From the NCBI RefSeq assembly GCF_009914755.1, contig NC_060932.1: a DNA stretch of 64,000 bases. One strand, written 5' to 3'. Under the pieces are notes generated by a model. The model saw only the letters and a list, made by a program, of their open reading frames with translations. It was not told the DNA's origin and did no database searches. The position numbers were made by a program, and so were the translations under genes. This document shows positions 30,081 through 41,991 of this stretch, one piece after another (position 1 is the stretch's first letter; every line of letters begins with the position of its first letter). Source of the DNA: the human T2T-CHM13v2.0 reference genome, Homo sapiens.

Positions 30081-33000
30081 TAGTAATGGGTCTTTCATGC
30101 TGAGCATGAAGTGCTGTTGGTCATAACACATTTTATTTTAAATTCTGTAGACCCTGACCTTATCCCAATGCCTGGACACAGCTCACTTTTCCAACAGTGG
30201 AGAGCATCATATCATTTTCCAGTTCTGCAAGGAATGAAGACCAAGCTCCAATTTAAATATTATCAACTGGTTGACTATTCATGCTAAACCTGAAATGTTC
30301 ATTTTTAAGCCATAGAAATTGGCTCCTTTTCCCACTAATTTTGAATAATTTATAATTTTCTTAATAGCCAATAGTGGAAATAATATAATAGCTCTTAAGG
30401 AGGAATGATCAAAATTTTGTAGCAGAAAGTAATAGATTGGCATTTGATCTAACATTCTTATGTACCAGTGAGGTCATAGTGTCAGCGGCAAAACTGGGTG
30501 AACAAAAAGCCCGGATTCCTGATGCCTGATTTAATGCCTATTTTCTCCTGCCACTCACCTGCAGTTGTGAATGGTCAACCTGCAGACTACAGTAGGCTGG
30601 TGTGCACTGATGAGCTTTGCACCTCATCTTCTCTCTCTCTCTCTCCGCCCTTCTCTTTTTAACTTCCACTCTTCCTACTTCTCCTCTTTCCTTCCTACTG
30701 CACTTCCTCCCTCTCGCTGCCCAAATTTAGGTGAGTCTGTGGTCAAAATACCAAAGGACCCTCTACCTATACTGTCTTGACTGATAGAGACTAATAGAAA
30801 GACCTGAAGTGCTAACTCCTTTGCCTTGATCTTGCTCTGGTTAGTGGATTCCTTTGACCATTGAGTGGCCCCACTTAATGATTCAACCTGTTTTCCTCTG
30901 GCTTTTCTGTGGAAATAGCACAGGGTTTACCAGTGGAGCTAGGCTCTACAGGACTCCAGGCTGCCTTAACCAATGTATTGCCTTGTAGCACCCAGAAGGA
31001 GCAGATACAGGTTTTGTGGAACCTGAAGCTTACGACTTGGGGTTCCTCTTGAAGAAAAAGAATATGAAGTCCGAACATAAAATTAAGTAGGAGGTACTGA
31101 AGGTGGCCTTTACAAGTTAGTATCTCTCCATAGTCTGGCACACAAAGCTTGTCATGCCCTGGCCTAGACTAGCCTTATATTCTATTGCCTGTGAAACAAC
31201 CTGAAACTGCCAAAGCCATACCAAACCATTTCTGGCCCCCCAGGCATGCTCTGTTGTCTCTCACCTGCAAGCCTTTGCGCATGCATGTTCGTCTGCCACC
31301 GTGCCCATCTGTCACTTCTTTAGCAGATAATGCCTGTTCTTCAAGACGTCATTTTGGGCTCAGCCATATTGGAAAGCCTTCTGCAGTCCCCACAGGTGAC
31401 TCAGTTCTGTGCTCTCATATTCTGCTGTAGCTGTTTTCACATTGCATTATAACTACTTGTTACCTATCTGTGTTTCCTACTCCATGACGACCTGCTACAT
31501 GCAGGAGGGGTGCTTTTGACTCCGGATTCCCAGTGGCTGATGTTGGGACTGGGCTAGGCAGTTTATGTTGTTCGCCTTCTCCAGGCTTTAGCTTCGTGGT
31601 GCTAGGTGTCCAGACCCCTTTGCCCTCTGCTCTTTGGCAAGGTCAGCCCAATGGAAAGCATTGAGGAAGATTGGAGGGTACAAAGAAGGGCAAACCCCAC
31701 CCCTGCCTCCTCTGCAACTCCAGTTGTAGCCACCACCCCTCTGCACCCCTGCTTCTAGTAGACAATCTCCCCTTCTGTTTCTAGATCCTACCAGAAGCCA
31801 CTAGGCTCTGGGCTCCAGTCACATTTTTTTTTTCTCATTGTCTCTACTCTCCTACAGGTAATAGTGGCTCCATGTTCTTGCCAATTTGTAAGTTACATCT
31901 TTGCTTGGTTTCTAAGCTTTTCCATCATCCATGTTACCAAGTGTCTGTATTAAATTCCAAATTTCCTCTCTCTGAAAGATCTAGAGTGGTTTGTATTTCC
32001 CTGGCTGAGCTCTGAATTATAAAGGCACAGTAGATGGCCAGTTGTTATATGAAAAAGACAATAGGAAGAGGGACCTTTGGCAATCATTTGCAAGGCTCAT
32101 TTACATATAAAACAACTACGTGTTTTCCATTCCTGTCCATCTTAGCATAAAGCATGGAGCCCCAGAAACTGGTACTAGTCCTACAGACCAGACATGCAGA
32201 AATAGCAGAGCTTAACAAAATGCATACAGTACTTATTGAATTAACTCCAATTAATCTGCCTTCTTGTAACTAGGTGCTAGGTCCAGTACCTTGCTCTTAG
32301 TAGGCATTCACACAAACATTGAGTGAAGAACAGACTGTACTTGCAATCCATCACCAGTATATCCCAGGCAACAGGCAATATAATAACACAGAAAGCCTTG
32401 ATCTATAATCTCTGTGACTTTTTGGTACAATTACAATGGAAGCATTCCCCAGGCCTTGCATAGCTTCGTGGGCATAAATCCTGGGAGTTCCTCAGAATGT
32501 CTGGGGATGAGGAAGGAGTGACTGTGCTCCACAAACAGCAGAGACTCCAGGCTGGAGTGCGTGGTGTGGTCGGGGGGGCCATAAAAATGAATAAAATCTC
32601 CCAACTCAGAGGCCAACAGGCCAAAGAAAATAGGAAACAGACAACCAAGGGCCAGCCCCTGGACATGTTAGTGTGAGCAGGATAAATCCTCTTAAAATGA
32701 ATTCCAAATCTTGCTCAGGGCACACAGCAAGTATACAAATTGAGGAAAGCATCTGAGGAAATGTGGTGATAAACACAGGGCTGACTGCTGAGTGTGAGGC
32801 CAGAGAGAGTGTGCAGACACATTTGGCAGGAGGTTTGGGAAGCCATAACTATAGCAAGCAAGACAAGAAAGAGCCTTCGGGTCCAGCTTAGGATGGAGAG
32901 GCAGGGAGTGCAGTGGTTGAGCACAGAGGCTTCTGTGCCAATCTGCCTGGGTTGAGATTTTGGCTCTGTTGTTTCCTAGCTAAGGACAAGTGAGTTACCC

Positions 33001-33904
33001 TCTCAGGATTCAGCTCTCTTTCAGGGTTAATAGCAGTGCCTGCCCTCTTGGCTCATGTGAAAACAACATGAGTTTGTTCATGTGAAGCAGCTGGCATCCG
33101 AAACCTAGTGAGATAATTTATAGGCAGTGCTGATACACTCTCAGGCACATTTTTGGTTTGTCAAAGTCTGCAATCAAATTTTGTATTCCATTCATTCATC
33201 CATTGCTTTAACAGATATTTCTTGAGTGCTTAATGTGTGACTGGCACTTGGAATAGAATGAAGATCTAAAACAAGCAAGTCCCTGATTTTGTGGGCCAGA
33301 AAACAAAAATATTGACGAGTCAGTGTTAGGTTAGTGGTGAGGGAGAATCAGGCAACCTGAAGTGGTTTCTAATGAGACTCTGAAGAATGAATGAATATGA
33401 CAAATGTACCACTCTGATGGAGGATGTTGTACAATGAGCAAGGCTATGCATCTGTGGGAGCAGGGTGTATATGAGAAATCTCTGTATCTTTTACTCAGTT
33501 TTACTGTGAACCCAAAACTGCTCTAAAAGATAGTCATTAGAAAAAGAGAGAGAGAAGGAGTAGGAGGAGATGGAGGGAGGGGACTTCTTTCTGATGATCC
33601 TAAATATTATTTTGGTTACTCTACAGAAAACTAAGGGTATTTTAACCTTGGCTAAATCATATTTTTGCTAAGTTAGATCTAATTTATATGAGCTGTGCTC
33701 ATTTTAAAAATTGCAGTACCTCAAACTTCATTGGAGCCAATTATATTCATCTCTAAAAGGCACTAGTAGTTGATATCACCACCACACAAGGAACTTGTTA
33801 GAAAAAGCAGTGTTCACCTAACCAAGGAGTATAAAAATGAAGCTTCAGCCTAAGGAATTTTGTCTGTTGATTTTTCAAAGGTATGCTTGCTTATAATGGG
33901 CAGC

Positions 33905-34368
33905 TGAACTATTCACAACAGCAAAGACATGGAACCAACCCAAATGGCCATCAATGATAGACTAAAGCAAATGTGGTACATATACACCATGGAACACTAT
34001 GCAACCATAAAAAGGAATGAGATCATGTACTTTGCAGAGACATGGATGAAGCTAGAAGCCATCATCCTCAGCAATCTAACACAGGAACAGAAAACCAAAC
34101 ACCACATATTCTCACTCATAAGTGGGAGCAATGAGAACACAGGGACACAGGGAGGGGAACAACACATACTGGGACCTGTTGGGAGGAGGGGCAAGGGGAG
34201 GAAGAGCATCAGGACAAATAGCTAATGTGTGTGGGGCTTAAAACCTAGGTGATGTGTTGATAGGTGCAGCAAACCACCATGGCACACATTTACCTGTGTA
34301 GCAAACCTGCACGTTCTGCCCATGTAGCCCAGAACTTAAAAGTAAAATAAATTAAAAAATAATAATAA
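33905..34368 (+). mobile_element. LINE-1 3' end fragment (older L1PA, about PA8-like)
   Basis: ORF2 C-terminal remnant (MWYIYTMEHYATIKRNEIM...QEQKTKHHIFSLISGS), 3' UTR, A-rich tail. Confidence 0.9.
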
Positions 34369-35270
34369 TGGACTGTTGAATATTAGTCTAGGCATTGAAT
34401 TCATTTAGTCTTCCAGTATTTATTGGGCCACCTAAGAGTGGCCATGGACTGATGCTAGAGAGATAAGTAAGGCACAGCTCCAGCAGTCAAGAGGCCTATA
34501 GTTTTGGGGCCATGTGGGCATGAGAATAGGTAATGCAGTGGAATGCGCAGTACCAAAGGATCGCAGTTACTAAGAAAGCAAAGAATTCATTCACTCATTT
34601 GTTCTTTCATTTGTTAGTTCACTCAACAAGTATTTGTGTTATATATTATGTGGAAGACATGATATTTATACATTGGGGATATAGCCGTGGAATAAGATAA
34701 ATATGCCTTGCCCTCTTGAGTCTGTCATGGTTCTACCTGCTATGGTTATAGAGAAATTCTGAGTTGGGTCTTAAAGAATGAGGACAAGTTATGGAGACAG
34801 ACAAGTTAAAGGGCATTTCAAAAGAAGGAAATTAGCATTTGGGAGTCCCATGAGTCTCCTGAGTCTCGGTGTTTTTGTGGAAAGGACAGTGGCACTTAGC
34901 ACTGGTGACCCCATCTCAGCACCAGGTGGCCCCACCTTGGTTCTGTGCAAAAGAGATCTACGATGGGCCATGACTGGGTTTTGTCTATAAAAAAATGACT
35001 TTATACCCAGGCTCCACTGCCCTCAGGCATCTCATGGATAGTCACAGGCTGATGTTTTAGGACACTTGATTTCCCTCCTTTTAATTAGGTCCTACCAGGC
35101 TTATCAAAAATATATCCAGATCTATTTTTAGAGATCTGAAGTCTCTACGCTTAGCCTTTGATCTCAATCCTCATCTAAGGTACTTAAATACTGATTTTTA
35201 ACAAGGTTGCTTCACTCCAGAAAATGGCCTACAACCAAGTTCAGTTGTCATGGACATGAACATTCCTTCA

Positions 35271-35680
<410 letters not shown>

Positions 35681-37931
35681 GAATAAAAGCTAAAATTCCT
35701 TGTTAATATATAATTGTGTCTTTAGGCATTTTCCTTTTTGTTTTCTAAGGCATTTCAAGGGCTGGAATTTTTTTTTAATATTTTTTGTGAGGCTAGTTCT
35801 CTCTTCTTACCTCGACATATGTTACAGATAATATCTGATTCCATTTATTTTTCTCTGTATAATGAGAAAATTAAAACAACCAGATTTTCTATTCCCAATC
35901 TTCTCCACCTCGTGCTTTCTTTATGAATAAGCAAAAAACAAGTCAGGAAACTATTATTAGGGGATTAGTCCCAAGAATACTTTCCCAGATATCCTCTTCT
36001 GCCTGATCCATGTCTTCTTGTGGAGAATTAAGCATTAGGAGCCATCCTGTTAAAGATGATCCTGCACCGTGAGGTCGTGAGAGGCCACTGAGTCACCACG
36101 CTCTTAATCAGGAACAGCCTGGTGTTAGTCATCAGTATATTTTATTATGTTCTAGTTCTTTCAAAATTAGTTGTTCCCTGTTGGCAAAGTGACTCCAGTT
36201 CAAACAGAAGAGGATGGATTCTCGGCTAAATTCCCGGATGCACATTGGGGCATAAGCACTGACAAGTGAAGTAGTGCCTCTCAGCTAAAAACTACAAACT
36301 CTGATTAGCTACTAAACTAATGCCCAGTAGGCTTCCACAGCACGGTTTTCTGTCTGAACAACTTGATTAGCAATTGAGCATTAAATATTGGTGAGTCAGA
36401 GTTAGCTGTGTGCTTTTAAAACTCAGATGAGATGGTATTTTTACTTTTGAGAAATCATTGTTTTCCTTATGGGCTCCTAAGAGAAGAACCAGGCACTGAA
36501 CAGAAAGTCACAGGCATGGTGGTTTGTGCCCTGGGCTGTCATGGAGATACTGGTCTTTTGTAAGCTCAGATAGCACCATCAAGGTGACATGCAATAGGAT
36601 TGGGTGTTTGGGAATTCTAGCAATGAGTAGACCAACCTGGATGACTCCTAGTAAAGAAGAAGAGCTTTTTAAAAGAGATGCCAGGCTATGTCTTGACTGC
36701 AAGAGATCATTACGGGGAGCACAAAAGATACCAAAGCTGCAGGTTAGGAACAACCATTATATGTGCAGTGTAAAAACAAAAAACCAAAACCTGTTAGTTC
36801 CTCACCGGAGTCTTCTTTACCAGTGATTTCCAGAACAAATACTACATCAACACTTTTCTTTCTGGAAGTTATAAACTAAGATGTTAAAAGTGATTATTTT
36901 CAAGTGCTAGCATCTTGCTTGTTACATCTAATTTGTTGACAGTGAATATGCATTATATTTAAAGTAAACAAATAGTTATTTGCAATTTTAAAAAATTGCA
37001 AGGCCTTTCCATGCCTGCTACCTGTCAAATTGGCCATTTTTCACTTATTGATGTTTCCTTCTAGGCTTTGCCAATTCAACATAATTTCTCAGTAGGTATA
37101 ATTAAACAGAGATGCTGTTCTGCATGCTGCTATTTCAAAGCATTGTTGTACACAAAAAAACAGACAGCAAAGATCTTCTATGATGTAAGCCAGGGTAACC
37201 CAGACCCCAGTCTAATGCAACCGTATCTTGGGCCTCAATATAGGCGCTCTCACCTTTCAAGTGATCTTGTGATAGGACCTGTTTAGATAATGAGGTGTCA
37301 GAGTATATGTTTCTTTGTTGTTTGCCTGTGAAAATGTATAGTTTGTTAATAGCACTGTAAATTATAAGAGGTCTGCTCCATGGAAAAGAAACATGAATAG
37401 ATTTAGATTTTTATGGGGCTGAATCAGCCAAATCAAACACAGGCTTTTCTGAAGCTTCCAAGTTTTAATGGAAACTCACGCTCTTCAGAATGTTGCTGCC
37501 TAATTACAATTCATGCCTTTTGCAGACACATTACAGAGTGGACCAAAAGGAAAATGTTAGACGTGTTCACTTGTGATTTCTATTGTGTTACTTGTGGAGT
37601 GCCAGCTGCATAAGTCCAGTGGCCTGGTGCGTGCAAAGACAAGGACCAGTTCTTGGCAGGCTGTGTGACTTCAGTAGGAAGGAGAAAGAGAGACTGGCAG
37701 AATAGCAAATACAGACCACACACTCAAATACAGAACCAGACTTCAACATGTGATTCTACATATACTACCAATGTCAGAATGTAATTTAAAAGTCCCATGG
37801 TACTCATAACCCCAAACGAACCCACTTAATTGTCTTCATCAGAGAAGCACTTTCGAACTCCAGAAAAATGGAACTACCAAGATTTTCTTTTAAAAAGAAC
37901 TTTAAACATTTTTAAAAATTATTTTAAACAG

Positions 37932-38009
37932 GTCTAACTGGTATCAAAGGAGAAAAAGGAAATCCAGGCGTTGGAACCCAAGGTCCAAGAGGCCCCCCTG
38001 GACCAGCAG
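37932..38009 (+). CDS. COL14A1: COL14A1 coding exon (78 nt, [27 protein letters not shown]; COL1)
   Basis: TTTTAAACAG acceptor, GTAAAT donor; Gly-X-Y with the GVGTQG imperfection; phase 1-1. Confidence 0.96.
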
Positions 38010-38219
38010 GTAAATCTTCCTTCCTAACAAGAGACTGCAAATGTATATTTTTATATTCACTTGGCATTGCAAGTGAGGAAAATGGTCATCTTACATCCTA
38101 GTATGTAACTTAAATGGCTGTATTTCTTACTTGTTTTATTGGGAGGCTTCTTTGTTAATAAGGATCCTCCCAATATACAAGACCAAAAAGTTAGAGCATA
38201 TTCTGGGATCTTATTGTTT

Positions 38220-38880
38220 GTGTGAGTTGCGATAGGACAGACTATGCTATAGTAACAAATACATCCCAAATGCTTAGTGGATTTACACAATAAAGCTTTA
38301 TTTCACAATCACACAAAGTTTCATATGAATAAGGTAGCTCTCTTCCATCTCAGAACCCATGACCTCCATGGTGAATCATGTAGCCTCCAAGAGAAAGAAA
38401 AAGAAGGCACATCGGGCTGGGTGCGGTGGCTCACTCCTGTAAGCCCAGCGTTTTGGGAAGCTGAGGCAAGAGGATCACTTGAGGCCAAGAGTTTGAGACC
38501 AGCCTGGGCAATGTGACGAAACCCCATTTCTACCAAAAAAAAAAAAATACAAAAATTTAACCAGGCGTGGTGGCATGTGCTTGTAGTCCCAGCTACTTGA
38601 GAGGCTGAAACAGAGGATCACATGAGCTCTGGAGGTTGAGGCTACAGTGAACCGTGATGGTGCCACTGCCCTCCAGCCTGGGTGACAGAGGGAGACCCTG
38701 TCTCGAAAAAAAAAAAAGAAGGCACACCGGTCTCAACTTCCTAAACAGAATGAGATGTCACTTCCATTCACATTTTATTGTCTGGAACTAATCACCTAGC
38801 CCCAACTGAACTGCAAGGCAGACACAAAATTTAGAGAAATACAGGGCTATTTGGTGAGCACTAGTATTTCCTGCCATGGT
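38220..38880 (-). mobile_element. Degenerate MLT1-type LTR interrupted by an Alu
   Basis: CTATGCTATAGTAACAAATACATCCCAAAT...TCACTTCCATTCACATTTTATTG...ATTTGGTGAGCACTAG. Confidence 0.6.
38415..38717 (+). mobile_element. Alu SINE (AluJ-like)
   Basis: Dimer with J-type GAGGATCACTTGAGGCC and GAGGTTGAGGCTACAGTG; TSD AAGAAGGCACA. Confidence 0.94.
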
Positions 38881-39555
38881 AATCTTACTGAATGAGTTCT
38901 GTAAAAGTTTTGAGTTTTGTGTATTATATGCTTTTAGAATGGTCTCCAGATGATCAGGCTTGATATTAGAATTATTATAATTTGCAATCTTATTATAATA
39001 TATATTTATAATGTCAGTCTTAGCCACATTAAGTAAAGTGCTTTACAGATTTTTCTTTCCAATCTAGTAAGGATTTTGGAAAATACTTTTTCTGAGAGAG
39101 GTTCCTAATGCAATTCATTTTGAGTGTAAATATTTCTGTTATTAGAGACAATGTGAGGAACTGATATAACATTACACATTACACAGAATGGGTGGTTGGT
39201 GAGTGCTGATTGAGGAGCTGAATATATGAGAGCCACCACGCTATTCAAATAGAAGGTGATACTTGTTCCTACTTTTCATTTCAGTTCTAGTTGAGAAATT
39301 CCATTATAGTTGAAGAATGCCTTTTCAACACTGTTGGAACCCGGACCTAAAAACAAGCATACAAGCCAAAAAAAAAAAAAAAACATGCTGACAAATTTCT
39401 TCAATTCACAACAGTTTTAATCCTCCTATTTTTACTCAGTCTGAATTCTCAATTAATGTAAACTAGCTTAAAGAAATTTTGGATTAGTATATTGGGTCGA
39501 ATGTCAAACTTGTCATTGGTCCCCTCCAGGACAATTTCACACTCATACAAATTTA

Positions 39556-39692
39556 CTTTAATTATCTAGGGCCATAAACCAGTACTGAATTACATGGCTA
39601 TTCTAACTGTTGATGAGGTTGAGCTTTAATTATCTGGGGCCATAAACTGGTACTGAATTGCATGGCTATTCTAACTAGATGATGAGGTTGAG
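39556..39692. repeat. 68/69-bp tandem duplication
   Basis: CTTTAATTATCTAGGGCCATAAACCAGTACTGAATT...GATGAGGTTGAG repeated at 39556 and 39624 with a handful of differences. Confidence 0.93.
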
Positions 39693-40089
39693 CTCTGAGT
39701 GTGTTCATGTTTGTGTCTGTGTGTGTGCACGCCCATAGATTGGATTCATAAGGAACTGCATTGGGAAACAAAAGCTCCAAAAAGAAAATAAGGTTGATAA
39801 TGGAAGGTTCCTTTCCCTTTAACATCCAAGAGGAAATAGAAAAGATGCATTTTGCTTCCCAGTTTCCTGAGCTGATTGAGAGCATTGACCTCCAGGAGGA
39901 TAAGTGATTACACTATGACCCTCTGCCTAGGGAATCCAGTCTACAAAAAAGAACTCAATGAGTAGAAAGAGGTTGTCCTAATTGTCCTAAAAGTTGCTTC
40001 TTCTAAGAGTTAGTTTACTTCTTGGTTGTCTCAAAACTCACCCTGTTGTGGCAAAAGACCAACGGTTTTCATCTGTGGGTACTTCTTAG

Positions 40090-40245
40090 GACCTTCAGGG
40101 GAGAGTCGGCCTGGCAGCCCTGGGCCCCCTGGCTCTCCTGGACCAAGAGGCCCACCAGGTCATCTGGGGGTTCCTGGACCCCAAGGTCCTTCTGGCCAGC
40201 CTGGATATTGTGACCCCTCATCATGTTCTGCCTATGGTGTGAGAG
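40090..40245 (+). CDS. COL14A1: COL14A1 coding exon (156 nt, [12 protein letters not shown]...[17 protein letters not shown]; end of COL1 and start of NC1)
   Basis: CTTCTTAG acceptor, GTAAGT donor; GESRPG imperfection and the FACIT hallmark C-x4-C (CDPSSC). Confidence 0.97.
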
Positions 40246-41095
40246 GTAAGTGTCACAAAAAGCCCCGCTTGTGGGCTTTGATCAATGTTTTAGTATGCTT
40301 AGTACCAAAATGGGAAGATAGTGCTATGAAAAAAGTTAAATTGGTTATGAATGGGAAGCAGAGCTTGAATGCCTCACTTCCTTAAATTATCCCGAGACAT
40401 TTTCTATAAAGTGCAAATTGCTATAGAGGCTACTCCCTTAAAAACCTTAAGAGCAAATTCAAAATAACAGCACATCTAAGTCTTCCTTGCTTCCCAGTGA
40501 TGACCTACATAGACTTGGCCTCTGACTTTGTATTTAGCACATTTGGAGGACATGGTTGAACATTCTTTTGGAGTCTCCATTCTTATGTGACAGCTGTGAT
40601 GTGGCCAAGACGTCCCATAAAATTTTACTCTTGGTTTGGGGAAATGTCAAACTTAGAACTTCTCCCGTAATTAAGAGGGCTCCTTAGATTATTTTCAATG
40701 AAATCATGCATACCACTTGCATTTAGGTGCATTTAAGCACCACATTTTAGGTGACCAAGAATAGTTGTGAGAGGAAACAAAAATCATGCTGTCCTTGTCT
40801 TATCACTAGCTACTGGACTAAAAGAATATGCTTCCTAAAACATCTGCAGTGTGCATGCTGGCGTGCTGTGCAATGGCCCCTTTTCTGACATAGTCACTCT
40901 TGGAAGCATCAAGGGAGAGGCTGAGGGACTGCTGTGGGGCCATGAACTTACTAGTTAATGGGTTTAAAATTTTCTGCTTCAGTAGAAATTTAACCTTAGT
41001 TATCACAGGAATTGGTCAACAAAGTTTTGCTGATGTGTTTTTCTCTGTTCATCTTTTCCCTCCCTGTTCTCTCAAATACTCCTATCCTTATTAAG

Positions 41096-41127
41096 ATCTG
41101 ATCCCCTACAATGATTACCAGCACTGA
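41096..41127 (+). CDS. COL14A1: COL14A1 proximal alternative terminal exon (short NC1: DLIPYNDYQH*)
   Basis: Long polypyrimidine tract (41038-41092) ending in TAAG acceptor; phase-1 splice gives D-L-I-P-Y-N-D-Y-Q-H-stop; AATAAA at 41449 and 41658. Agrees with my recollection of an alternative collagen XIV C-terminus. Confidence 0.75.
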
Positions 41128-41448
41128 AGTGGAAATCCTCCACTCTGGTTCCATTGGCCCCAGACATTTAGCTGTGGATACAGAACTGTCCTGTCAACCA
41201 CCACCACCACCAAGCCCCTGCCCCTAACAATGGACACTCTGCTTCCCTGCTTCTTCTGCATCCCTGCCTTCCCACTTTCAAACCTCTTGCCCACTCTGCT
41301 CCAAACATGATGGAGTGATAACATCGGAACTTAACCAAATCATATATGTCTATTTTAATAGACACTGACTGCTCCATGTCAGCCTGGATAGAGGTATATG
41401 ATCGTGTGCCAAGAATTTATCCCAGACTCCCCTGTGTGACAGCTTCAT

Positions 41449-41454
41449 AATAAA
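41449..41454 (+). terminator. Poly(A) signal candidate for the proximal terminal exon
   Basis: AATAAA about 320 nt after the stop, followed by TG/pyrimidine-rich sequence; second AATAAA at 41658-41663. Confidence 0.55.
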
Positions 41455-41911
41455 GTTACTTAACTGTGCCTCTTCCTCCTTCCTCTCCCCACACAGGATG
41501 GATGGGCATCTTTCTCCTTGACCACCCTACTCTCCCTTCCTCCCCTGATCACCTCCCCTCCCTGCTCTCCCCTGGTGATGGACTTCTAACATGAGATTTT
41601 TTTAAAAAATTTCTATTTCTTTTATAATTTTGCTGAGTTTTCAGGGTTTCTTCTGTAAATAAAACATAATATTTAAATGGTTGGTTATGATTCTAGTTTT
41701 CTAACAATTTCTGTAATGTATCTTTCCCTTCGTCTATTTACTAACTGTCTGAAACCTTATGGGGAAGGTACAAGGGGCGTGGTGGATTAAGACATCCACT
41801 GCTTTTTACCCAGCAGGATATCTCTGTGTCTCTAAGGACCCAGGTGAGGGGAGAATATCAATTTATGATTCCTGGGTGCAGCAAGTCCCCACCCCCACTT
41901 TTCCTCTTTAG

Positions 41912-41991
41912 CTCCCCATCCAGATCAGCCAGAGTTCACCCCTGTCCAAGATGAGCTGGAAGCCATGGAACTGTGGGGCCCTGGAGTCTGA
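41912..41991 (+). CDS. COL14A1: COL14A1 distal terminal coding exon (APHPDQPEFTPVQDELEAMELWGPGV*)
   Basis: CTTTTCCTCTTTAG acceptor; phase-1 join gives the recognised human collagen XIV C-terminus; TGA at 41989-41991 followed by TAG. Confidence 0.96.
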
